Origin: Eledone cirrhosa | Taxonomy: Eukaryota | Length of the DNA: 64,000 bases | Direction: 5' to 3' | NCBI GenBank assembly: GCA_964016885.1 | Contig: OZ024743.1 | Coordinates: 210,490,001 to 210,554,000, forward strand | Part shown: piece after piece, positions 13,924 to 28,000 of the stretch | Position numbering within the stretch: position 1 is the first letter of the stretch | Layout of the letters: each line of letters starts with the position of its first letter | Notes under the pieces: generated by a model | Databases searched by the model: none | Seen by the model: only the letters and a program-made list of their open reading frames with translations | What the model was told of the DNA's origin: nothing | Position numbers and translations under genes: made by a program

Positions 13924-16900
13924 AGCAGTTTACCATCCTATAGCCACAGATGAAAGCTCTTCACTCCATAAGATATACCACAGTTTACCACCCTATAGCC
14001 AGATGAAAGCTCTTCACTCCATAAGATATACCAGTTTACCATCCTATAGCCACAGATGAAAGCTCTTCACTCCACAAGATATACCACAGTTCACCACCCT
14101 ATAGCCAGATGAAAGCTCTTCACTCCATAAGATATACCACAGTTTACCATCCTATAGCCACACATGAAAGCTCTTCACTCCATAAGATATACCACAGTTT
14201 ACCATCATATAGCCACAGATGAATGCACATCACTCCATAAGATATACCACAGTTTACCATCCTATAGCCACAGATGAAAGCTCTTCACCCCATAAGTTAT
14301 ACCACAGTTTACCATTCTATATCCAGATGAAAGCTCTTCACTCCATAAGATATACCACAGTTTACCATCCTATAGCCACACATGAAAGCTCTTCACTCCA
14401 TAAGATATACCACAGTTTACCATCCTATAGCGAGATGAAAGCTCTTCCCCCCATAAGATATACCACAGTTTACCATCCTGTAGCAAGATTAAAGCTCTTC
14501 ACTCCATAAGATATACCACAGTTTACCATCCTATAGCCACACATGAAAGATCTTCACTGCATAAGATATACCACAGTTTACCATCCTATAGCCACACATG
14601 AAAGCTCTTCACTCCATAAGATATACCACAGTTTACCATCCTATAGCCAGATGAAAGCTCTTCACTCCATAAGATATACCACAGTTTACCATCCTATGGC
14701 CACGCATGAAAACTCTTCACTCCATAAGATATACCACAGTTTAACATCCTATAGCCACAGATGAAAGCTCTTCCCTCCAAAAGATATACTACAGTTTACC
14801 ATCCTATAGCCAGATGAAAGCTCTTCACTCCATAAGATATACCACAGTTTACCATCCTATAGCCACAGATGAAAGCTCTTCACTCCATAATATATACCAC
14901 AGTTTACCATCCTATAGCAAGATGAAAGCTCTTCACTCCATAAGATATACCACAGTTTACCATCCTATAGCCAGACATGAAAGCTCTTCACTCCATAAGA
15001 TATACCACAGTTTACCATCCTATAGCCACAGATGAAATCTCTTCACTCCATAAGATATACCACAATTTACCATCCTATGGCCACACATGAAAGCTCTTCA
15101 CTCCATAGGATATACCACAGTTTACCATCCTATAGCCAGATGAAATCTCTTCACTCCATAAGATATATCACAGTTTACCTCCTATAGCCACAGATGAAAG
15201 CTCTTCACTCCATAAGATATACCACAGTTTACTATCCTATGGCCACAAATGAAAGCTCTTCACTCCATAAGATATACCACAGTTTACCATCCTATAGCCA
15301 CACATGAAAGCTCTTCACTCCATAAGAATTACCACAGTTTACCATTCTATGTCCACACATGAAAGCTCTTCAGCCCATAAGATATACCACAGTTTACCAT
15401 CCTAATGGCTACCCATGAAAGCTCTTCACTCCATAAGATATACCACAGTTTACCATCCTATAGCCACAGATGAACGCTCTTCACTCCATAAGATATACCA
15501 CAGTTTACCATCCTATAGCCACAGATGAAAGCTCTTCACTCCATAAGATATACCACAGTTTACCATCCTATAGCGAGATGAAAGCTCTTCACCCCATAAG
15601 ATATACCACAGTTTACCATCCTGTAGCAAGATTAAAGCTCTTCACTCCATAAGATATACCACAGTTTACCATCCTATAGCCACACATGAAAGATCTTCAC
15701 TGCATAAGATATACCACAGTTTACCATCCTATAGCCACACATGAAAGCTCTTCACTCCATAAGATATACCACAGTTTACCATCCTATAGCCAGATGAAAG
15801 CTCTTCACTCCATAAGATATACCACAGTTTACCATCCTATGGCCACGAATGAAAACTCTTCACTCCATAAGATATACCACAGTTTAACATCCTATAGCCA
15901 CAGATGAAAGCTCTTCACTCCATAAGATATACTACAGTTTACCATCCTATAGCCAGATGAAAGCTCTTCACTCCATAAGATATACCACAGTTTACCATCC
16001 TATAGCCACAGATGAAAGCTCTTTACACCATGAGATATACCACAGTTTACCATCCTATAGCCAGATGAAAGCTCTTCACTCCATAAGATATACCACAGAT
16101 TACCATCCTATCTCCACAGATGAAAGCTCTTCAGTCCATAAGATATACCACAGTTTACCATCCTATGGCCACACATGAAAGCTCTTCACCCATAAGATAT
16201 ACCACAGTTTACCATCCTTTCGCAAGATGAAAGCTCTTCACTCCATAGGATATACCACAGTTTACCATCCTATAGCCACACATGAAAGCTCGTCACTCCA
16301 TAAGATATACCACAGTTTACTATCCTATTGCCAGATGAAAACTCCTCACTCCATAAGATATAGAAGTTTACCATCCTATAGCCACAGATGAAAGCTCTTC
16401 ACTCCATAAGATATGCCACAGTTTACCACCCTATAGCCAGATGAAAGCTCTTCACTCCATAAGATATACCAGTTTACCATCCTATAGCCACAGATGAAAG
16501 CTCTTCACTCCATAAGATATACCACAGTTCACCACCCTATAGCCAGATGAAAGCTCTTCACTCCATAAGATATACCACAGTTTACCATCCTATAGCCACA
16601 CATGAAAGCTCTTCACTCCATGAGATATACCACAGTTTACCATCATATAGCCACAGATGAATGCACATCACTCCATAAGATATACCACAGTTTACCATCC
16701 TATAGCCACAGATGAAAGCTCTTCACCCCATAAGATATACCACAGTTTACCATTCTATATCCAGATGAAAGCTCTTCACTCCATAAGATATACCACAGTT
16801 TACCATCCTATAGCCACACATGAAAGCTCTTCAATCCATAAGATATACCACAGTTTACCATCCTATGGCCACACATGAAAGCTCTTCACTCCATAAGATA

Positions 16901-19900
16901 TACCACAGTTTACCATCCTATGGCCACAGATGAAAGCTCTTCACTCCATAAGATATACCACAGTTTACCATCCTATAGCCACACATGAAAGCTCTTCACT
17001 CCATAAGATATACCACAGTTTACCATCCTATGGCCACACATGAATGCTCTGCACCCCATAAGATATACCACAGTTTACCACCCTATGGCCATACATGAAA
17101 GCTCTTCAATCCATAAGATATACCACAGTTTACCATCCTATGGCCACACATGAAAGCTCTTCACTCCATAAGATATACCACAGTTTACCACCCTATGGCC
17201 ATACATGAAAGCTCTTCACTCCATAAGATATACCACAGTTTACCATCCTATAGCCACAGATGAAAGCTCTTCACTCCATAAGATATAGCAGTTTACCATC
17301 CTATAGCCACAGATGAAAGCTCTTCACTCCATAAGATATACCACAGTTTACCACCCTATAGCCAGATGAAAGCTCTTCACTCCATAAGATATACCAGTTT
17401 ACCATCCTTTCGCAAGATGAAAGCTCTTCACTCCATAGGATATACCACAGTTTACCATCCTATAGCCACACATGAAAGCTCGTCACTCCATAAGATATAC
17501 CACAGTTTACTATCCTATTGTCAGATGAAAACTCTTCACTCCATAAGATATAGCAGTTTACCATCCTATAGCCACAGATGAAAGCTCTTCACTCCATAAG
17601 ATATACCACAGTTTACCACCCTATAGCCAGATGAAAGCTCTTCACTCCATAAGATATACCAGTTTACCATCCTATAGCCACAGATGAAAGCTCTTCACTC
17701 CACAAGATATACCACAGTTCACCACCCTATAGCCAGATGAAAGCTCTTCTCTCCATAAGATATACCACAGTTTACCATCCTATAGCCACACATGAAAGCT
17801 CTTCACTCCATAAGATATACCACAATTTACCATCATATAGCCACAGATGAATGCACATCACTCCATAAGATATACCACAGTTTACCATCCTATAGCCACA
17901 GATGAAAGCTCTTCACCCCATAAGTTATACCACAGTTTACCATTCTATATCCAGATGAAAGCTCTTCACTCCATAAGATATACCACAGTTTACCATCCTA
18001 TAGCCACACATGAAAGCTCTTCACTCCATAAGATATACCACAGTTTACCATCCTATAGCGAGATGAAAGCTCTTCACCCCATAAGATATACCACAGTTTA
18101 CCATCCTGTAGCAAGATTAAAGCTCTTCACTCCATAAGATATACCACAGTTTACCATCCTATAGCCACACATGAAAGATCTTCACTGCATAAGATATACC
18201 ACAGTTTACCATCCTATAGCCAGATGAAAGCTCTTCACTCCATAAGATATACCACAGTTTACCATCCTATGGCCACGCATGAAAACTCTTCACTCCATAA
18301 GATATACCACAGTTTAACATCCTATAGCCACAGATGAAAGCTCTTCCCTCCATAAGATATACTACAGTTTACCATCCTATAGCCAGATGAAAGCTCTTCA
18401 CTCCATAAGATATACCACAGTTTACCATCCTATAGCCACAGATGAAAGCTCTTCACTCCATAATATATACCACAGTTTACCATCCTATAGCAAGATGAAA
18501 GCTCTTCACTCCATAAGATATACCACAGTTTACCATCCTATAGCCAGACATGAAAGCTCTTCACTCCATAAGATATACCACAGTTTACCATCCTATAGCC
18601 ACAGATGAAATCTCTTCACTCCATAAGATATACCACAATTTACCATCCTATGGCCACACATGAAAGCTCTTCACTCCATAGGATATACCACAGTTTACCA
18701 TCCTATAGCCAGATGAAATCTCTTCACTCCATAAGATATATCACAGTTTACCTCCTATAGCCACAGATGAAAGCTCTTCACTCCATAAGATATACCACAG
18801 TTTACTATCCTATGGCCACAAATGAAAGCTCTTCACTCCATAAGATATACCACAGTTTACCATCCTATAGCCACACATGAAAGCTCTTCACTCCATAAGA
18901 ATTACCACAGTTTACCATTCTATGTCCACACATGAAAGCTCTTCAGCCCATAAGATATACCACAGTTTACCATCCTAATGGCTACCCATGAAAGCTCTTC
19001 ACTCCATAAGATATACCACAGTTTACCATCCTATAGCCACAGATGAACGCTCTTCACTCCATAAGATATACCACAGTTTACCATCCTATAGCCACAGATG
19101 AAAGCTCTTCACTCCATAAGATATACCACAGTTTACCATCCTATAGCGAGATGAAAGCTCTTCACCCCATAAGATATACCACAGTTTACCATCCTGTAGC
19201 AAGATTAAAGCTCTTCACTCCATAAGATATACCACAGTTTACCATCCTATAGCCACACATGAAAGATCTTCACTGCATAAGATATACCACAGTTTACCAT
19301 CCTATAGCCACACATGAAAGCTCTTCACTCCATAAGATATACCACAGTTTACCATCCTATAGCCAGATGAAAGCTCTTCACTCCATAAGATATACCACAG
19401 TTTACCATCCTATGGCCACGAATGAAAACTCTTCACTCCATAAGATATACCACAGTTTAACATCCTATAGCCACAGATGAAAGCTCTTCACTCCATAAGA
19501 TATACTACAGTTTACCATCCTATAGCCAGATGAAAGCTCTTCACTCCATAAGATATACCACAGTTTACCATCCTATAGCCACAGATGAAAGCTCTTTACA
19601 CCATGAGATATACCACAGTTTACCATCCTATAGCCAGATGAAAGCTCTTCACTCCATAAGATATACCACAGATTACCATCCTATCTCCACAGATGAAAGC
19701 TCTTCAGTCCATAAGATATACCACAGTTTACCATCCTATGGCCACACATGAAAGCTCTTCACCCATAAGATATACCACAGTTTACCATCCTTTCGCAAGA
19801 TGAAAGCTCTTCACTCCATAGGATATACCACAGTTTACCATCCTATAGCCACACATGAAAGCTCGTCACTCCATAAGATATACCACAGTTTACTATCCTA

Positions 19901-22900
19901 TTGCCAGATGAAAACTCTTCACTCCATAAGATATAGAAGTTTACCATCCTATAGCCACAGATGAAAGCTCTTCACTCCATAAGATATGCCACAGTTTACC
20001 ACCCTATAGCCAGATGAAAGCTCTTCACTCCATAAGATATACCAGTTTACCATCCTATAGCCACAGATGAAAGCTCTTCACTCCATAAGATATACCACAG
20101 TTCACCACCCTATAGCCAGATGAAAGCTCTTCACTCCATAAGATATACCACAGTTTACCATCCTATAGCCACACATGAAAGCTCTTCACTCCATGAGATA
20201 TACCACAGTTTACCATCATATAGCCACAGATGAATGCACATCACTCCATAAGATATACCACAGTTTACCATCCTATAGCCACAGATGAAAGCTCTTCACC
20301 CCATAAGATATACCACAGTTTACCATTCTATATCCAGATGAAAGCTCTTCACTCCATAAGATATACCACAGTTTACCATCCTATAGCCACACATGAAAGC
20401 TCTTCAATCCATAAGATATACCACAGTTTACCATCCTATGGCCACACATGAAAGCTCTTCACTCCATAAGATATACCACAGTTTACCATCCTATGGCCAC
20501 AGATGAAAGCTCTTCACTCCATAAGATATACCACAGTTTACCATCCTATAGCCACAGATGAAAGCTCTTCACTCCATAAGATATACCACAGTTTACCATC
20601 CTATGGCCACACATGAATGCTCTGCACCCCATAAGATATACCACAGTTTACCACCCTATGGCCATACATGAAAGTTCTTCAATCCATAAGATATACCACA
20701 GTTTACCATCCTATGGCCACACATGAAAGCTCTTCACTCCATAAGATATACCACAGTTTACCACCCTATGGCCATACATGAAAGCTCTTCACTCCATAAG
20801 ATATACCACAGTTTACCATCCTATAGCCACAGATGAAAGCTGTTCACTCCATAAGATATACGATAGTTTACCATCCTATAGCCACAGATGAAAGCTCTGC
20901 ACCCCATAAGATATACCACAGTTTACCATCCTATGGCCACACATGAATGCTCTGCACCCCATAAGATATACCACAGTTTACCATCCTATGGTCACACATG
21001 AATGCTCTGCACCCCATAAGATATACCACAGTTTACCATCCTATGGCCACACATGAAAGCTCTTCACTCCATCAGATATACCACAGTTTACCATCCTATG
21101 GCCACACATGAAAGCTCTTCACCCCATAAGATATACCACAGTTTACCATCCTATAGCCAGATGAAAGCTCTTCACTCCATAAGTTATACCAGATTTTACC
21201 ATCCTATAGCCACAGATGAAAGCTCTTCACCCCATAAGATATACCACAGTTTACAATCCTATGGCCACAGATGAAAGCTCTTCACTCCATAAGATATACC
21301 ACAGTTTACCATCCTATATTCAGATGAAAGCTCTTCACTCCATAAGATATACCACAGTATACCATCCTATATCCAGATGAAAGCTCTTCACTCCATAAGA
21401 TATACCAGAGTTTACCATCATATAGCCACAGATGAAAGCTCTTCACTCCATAAGATATACCACAGTTTACCATCCTATGGCCACAGATGAAAGCTCTTCA
21501 CTCCATAAGATATACCACAGTTTACCATCCTATGGCCACAGATGAAAGCTCTTCATTCCATAAGTTATACCACAGTGTACCATCCTATAGCGGGATGAAA
21601 GCTCTTCACTCCATAAATATACCACAGTCTACCATCCAATAGTCACACATGAAAGCTCTTCACTCCATAAGATATACCACAGTTCACCATCCTATAGCCA
21701 CAGATGAAAGCTCTTCACTCCATAAGATATACCACAGTTTACCATCCTATAGCCACACATGAAAGCTCTTCACTCCATAAGATATACCACAGTTTACCAT
21801 CCTATAGCCACAGATGAAAGCTCTTCACTCCATAAGATATAACACAGTTTACCATCCTATGGCCACAGATGAAAGCTCTTCACTCCATAGGATATACCAC
21901 AGTTTACCATCCTATAGCCACACATGAAAGCTCTTCACTCCATAGGATATACCACAGTTTACAATCCTATAGCCACACATGAAAGCTCTTAACTCCATAA
22001 CCATAGTTTACCATTCTATAGCCACACATGAAAGCTCTTCACTCCATAAGATATACCACAGTTTACCATCCTATAGCCACAGATGAAAGCTCTTTACACC
22101 ATGAGATATACCACAGTTTACCATCCTATAGCCAGATGAAAGCTCTTCACTCCATAAGATATACCACAGTTTACCATCCTATCTCCACAGATGAAAGCTC
22201 TTCAGTCCATAAGATATACCACAGTTTACCATCCTATGGCCACACATGAAAGCTCTTCACCCATAAGATATACCACAGTTTACCATCCTTTCGCAAGATG
22301 AAAGCTCTTCACTCCATAGGATATACCACAGTTTACCATCCTATAGCCACACATGAAAGCTCGTCACTCCATAAGATATACCACAGTTTGGCATCCTATA
22401 GCCAGATGAAAACTCTTCACTCCATAAGATATACCACAGTTTACCATCCTATATCCAGATGAAAGCTCTTCACTCCATAAGATATACCACAGTTTACCAT
22501 CCTATAGCCACACATGAAAGCTTTTCACTCTATAAGATATACAGCAGTTTACCATCCTATGGCCACAGAGGAAAGCTCTTCACTCCATAAGATATACCAC
22601 AGTTTACCATCCTATAGCCACAGATGAAAGCACTTCACTCCATAAGATATACCACAGTTTACCATCCTATAGCCACACATGAAAGCTCTTCACTCCATAA
22701 GATATACCACAGTTTAACATCCTATAGCCACACATGAAAGCTCTTCACTCCATAAGATATACCACAGTTTACCATCCTGTAGCCAGATGAAAGCTCTTTA
22801 CTCCATAAGATATACCACAGTTTACCATCCTATAGCCACACATGAAACTCTTCACTCCATAGGATATACCAAAGTTTACCATCCTATAGCCACACATGAA

Positions 22901-24950
22901 AGCTCTTCACTCCATAGGATATACCACAGTTTACCATCCTATAGCCACACGGGAAAGCTCTTCACTCCATAAGATATACGACAGTTTACCATCCTATAGC
23001 CACAGATGAAAGCTCTTCACCCCATAAGATATACTACAGTTTACCATCCTATAGCCAGATGAAAGCTCTTCACTCCATAAATATAGCACAGTTTACCATC
23101 CTATAGCCACAGATGAAAGCTCTTCACTCCATAAGATATACCACAGTTTACCATCCTATAGCCACACATGAAAGCTCTTCACTCCATAAGATATACCACA
23201 GTTTACCATCCTGTAGCCAGATGAAAGCTCTTCATTCCATAAGATATACCACAGTTTACCATCCTATAGCCACACATGAAAGCTCTTCACTCCATAAGAT
23301 ATACCACAGTTTAACATCCTAGAGCCACACATGAAAGCTCTTCACTCCATAAGATATACCACAGTTTACCATCCTGTAGCCAGATGAAAGCTCTTCACTC
23401 TATAAGATATACCACAGTTTACCATCCTATAGCCAGATGAAAGCACTTCACTCCATAAGATATACCAGTTTACCATCCTAAGGCCACAGATGAAAGCTCT
23501 TCGCTCCATAAGATATACCACAGTTTACCACCCTATAGCCAGATGAGAGATCTTCACTCCATAAGATATACCAGTTTACCATCCTATAGCCACAGATGAA
23601 AGCTCTTCACTCCATAAGATATACCACAGTTTACCATCCTATAGCCACAGATGAATGCTCTTCATTCCATAAGATATACCAGTTTACCATCCTATAGCCA
23701 CAGATGAAAGCTCTTCGCTCCATAAGATATACCTCAGTTTACCATCCTATAGCCACACATGAAAGCTCTTCACTCCATAAGATATACCACAGTTTAACAT
23801 CCTAGAGCCACACATGAAAGCTCTTCACTCTATAAGATATACCACAGTTTACCATCCTATAGCCAGATGAAAGCTCTTCACTCCATAAGATATACCACAG
23901 ATTACCATCCTGTAGCCAGATGAAAGCTCTTCACTCCATAAGATATACAACAGTTTACCAACCTATAGCCACAGATGAAAGCTCTTCACTCCATAAGATA
24001 TACCACAGTTTACCATCCTATAGCCAGATGAAAGCTCTTCACTCCATAAGATATACCACAGTTTACCATCCTATAGCCACACATTAAAGCTCTTCACTCC
24101 ATAAGATATACCACAGTTTACCAACCTATAGCCACAGATGAAAGCTCTTCACTCCATAAGTTATACCACAGTTTACCATCCTATAGTCAGATGAAAGCTC
24201 TTCATTCCATAAGATATAACACATTCTACCATCCTATAGCCAGCTGAAACACTTCACTCCATAAGATATACCACAGTTTACCATCCTATAGCCACAGATG
24301 AAAGCTCTTCACTCCATAAGATATACCACAGTTTACCATCCTATAGCCACACATGAAAGCTCTTCACTCCATAAGATATACCACAGTTTACCATCCTATA
24401 GCCATACATGAAAGCTCTTTATTCCATAAGATATACCACAGTTTACCATCTTATAGCCACACATGAAAGCTCTTCACTCCATAAGATATACCACAGTTTA
24501 CCATCCTATAGCCATGCATGAAAGCTCTTCAGTCCATAAGATATACCACAGTTTACCATCCTATAGCCACAGATGAAAGCTCTTCACTCCATAATATATA
24601 CCACAGTTTACCATCCGATAGCGAGATGAAAGCTCTTCACTCCATAAGATATACCACGGTTTACCATCCTATAGCCACACATGAAAGCTGTTCACTCCAT
24701 AAGATATACCACAGTTTACCATCCTATAGCCACAGATGAAAGCTCTTCACTCCATAAGATATACCACAGTTTACCATCCTATGGCCACACATGAAAGCTC
24801 TTCACTCCATAAGATATACCACAGTTTACCATCCTATAGCCACACATGAAACTCTTCACTCCATAGGATATACCACAGTTTACCATCCTATAGCCATACA
24901 TGAAAGCTCTTCAGTCCATAAGATATACCACAGTTTACCATCCTATAGCC
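13924..24950 (+). repeat. Copy B of ~13.9-kb-offset near-identical higher-order duplication
   Basis: Starts with the same 'agcagtttacc' as position 1 and has the same variant order as 1-11080. It diverges at 'acagataaaa' (~24951). Confidence 0.95.
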
Positions 24951-25049
24951 ACAGATAAAAGCTCTTCACTCCATAAGATATACTACAGTTTACCATCCTA
25001 TAGCCAGATGAAAGCTCTTCACTCCATAAGATATAGCACAGTTTACCAT

Positions 25050-28000
25050 CCTATAGCCACAGATGAAAGCTCTTCACTCCATAATATATACCACAGTTTA
25101 CCATCCTATAGCAAGATGAAAGCTCTTCACTCCATAAGATATACCACAGTTTACCATCCTATAGCCAGACATGAAAGCTCTTCACTCCATAAGATATAGC
25201 ACAGTTTACCATCCTATAGCCACAGATGAAATCTCTTCACTCCATAAGATATACCACAGTTTACCATCCTATGGCCACACATGAAAGCTCTTCACTCCAT
25301 AATATATACCACAGTTTACCATCCGATAGCGAGATAAAAGGTCTTCACTCCATAAGATATACCACAGTTTACCATCCTATAGCCAGATGAAATCTCTTCA
25401 CTCCATAAGATATATCACAGTTTACCTCCTATAGCCACAGATGAAAGCTCTTCACTCCGTAAGATATACCACAGTTTACCATCCTATAGCCACACATGAA
25501 AGCTCTTCACTCCATAAGAATTACCACAGTTTACCATTCTATGTCCACACATGAAAGCTCTTCAGCCCATAAGATATACCACAGTTTACCATCCTAATGG
25601 CTACCCATGAAAGCTCTTCACTCCATAAGATATACCACAGTTTACCATCCTATATCCACAGATAAACGCTCTTCACTCCATAAGATATACCACAGTTTAC
25701 CATCCTATAGCCACAGATGAAAGCTCTTCACTCCATAAGATATACCACAGTTTACAATCCTATAGCGAGATGAAAGCTCTTCACCCCATAAGATATACCA
25801 CAGTTTACCATCCTGTAGCAAGATTAAAGCTCTTCACTCCATAAGATATACCACAGTTTACCATCCTATAGCCACACATGAAAGATATTCACTGCATAAG
25901 ATATACCACAGTTTACCATCCTATAGCCACACATGAAAGCTCTTCACTCCATAAGATATACCACAGTTTACCATCCTATAGCCAGATGAAAGCTCTTCAC
26001 TCCGTAAGATATACCACAGTTTACCATCCTATGGCCACGAATGAAAACTCTTCACTCCATAAGATATACCACAGTTTAACATCCTATAGCCACAGATGAA
26101 AGCTCTTCACTCCATAAGATATACTATAGTTTACCATCCTATAGCCAGATGAAAGCTCTTCACTCCATAAGATATACCACAGTTTACCATCCTATAGCCA
26201 CAGATGAAAGCTCTTTACACCATGAGATATACCACAGTTTACCATCCTATAGCCAGATGAAAGCTCTTCACTCCATAAGATATAACACAGATTACCCTCC
26301 TATCTCCACAGATGAAAGCTCTTCAGTCCATAAGATATACCACAGTTTACCATCCTATGGCCACACATGAAAGCTCTTCACCCATAAGATATACCACAGT
26401 TTACCATCCTTTCGCAAGATGAAAGCTCTTCACTCCATAGGATATACCACAGTTTACCATCCTATAGCCACACATGAAAACTCGTCACTCCATAAGATAT
26501 ACCACAGTTTACTATCCTATTGCCAGATGAAAACTCTTCACTCCATAAGATATAGCAGTTTACCATCCTATAGCCACAGATGAAAGCTCTTCACTCCATA
26601 AGATATACCACAGTTTACCACCCTATAGCCAGATGAAAGCTCTTCACTCCATAAGATATACCAGTTTACCATCCTATAGCCACAGATGAAAGCTCTTCAC
26701 TCCATAAGATATACCACAGTTCACCACCCTATAGCCAGATGAAAGCTCTTCACTCCATAAGATATACCACAGTTTACCATCATATAGCCACAGATGAATG
26801 CACATCACTCCATAAGATATACCACAGTTTACCATCCTATAGCCACACATGAAAGCTCTTCACTCCATAAGATATACCACAGTTTACCATCCTATGGCCA
26901 CATATGAAAGCTCTTCACTCCATAAGATATACCACAGTTTACCATCCTATAGCCACACATGAAAGCTCTTCACTCCATAAGATATACCACAGTTTGCCAT
27001 CCTATGGCCACACATGAAAGCTCTTCACTCCATAAGATATACCACAGTTTACCATCCTATGGCCACAGATGAAAGCTCTTCACTCCATAAGATATACCAC
27101 AGTTTACCATCCTATAGCCACAGATGAAAGCTCTTCACTCCATAAGATATACCACAGTTTACCATCCTATGGCCACATATGAAAGCTCTTCACTCCATAA
27201 GATATACCACAGTTTACCATTCTATGGCTACACATGAAAGCTCTTCACTCCATAAGATATACCACAGTTTACCACCCTATGGCCATACATGAAAGCTCTT
27301 CACTCCATAAGATATACCACAGTTTACCATCCTATAGCCACAGATGAAAGCTGTTCACTCCATAAGATATACGACAGTTTACCATCCTATAGCCACAAAT
27401 GAAAGCTCTGCACCCCATAAGATATACCACAGTTTACCATCCTATGGCCACACATGAATGCTCTGCACCCCATAAGATATACCACAGTTTACCATCATAT
27501 GGTCACACATGAATGCTCTGCACCCCATAAGATATACCACAGTTTACCATCCTATGGCCACACATGAAAGCTCTTCACTCCATCAGATATACCACAGTTT
27601 ACCATCCTATGGCCACACATGAAAGCTCTTCACCCCATAAGATATACCACAGTTTACCATCCTATAGCCAGATGAAAGCTCTTCACTCCATAAGTTATAC
27701 CAGATTTTACCATCCTATAGCCACAGATGAAAGCTCTTCACCCCATAAGATATACCACAGTTTACCATCCTATATCCAGATGAAAGCTCTTCACTCCATA
27801 AGATATACCACAGTATACCATCCTATATCCAGATGAAAGCTCTTCACTCCATAAGATATACCAGAGTTTACCATCATATAGCCACAGATGAAAGCTCTTC
27901 ACTCCATAAGATATACCACAGTTTACCATCCTATGGCCACAGATGAAAGCTCTTCACTCCATAAGATATACGACAGTTTACCATCCTATGGCCACAGATG

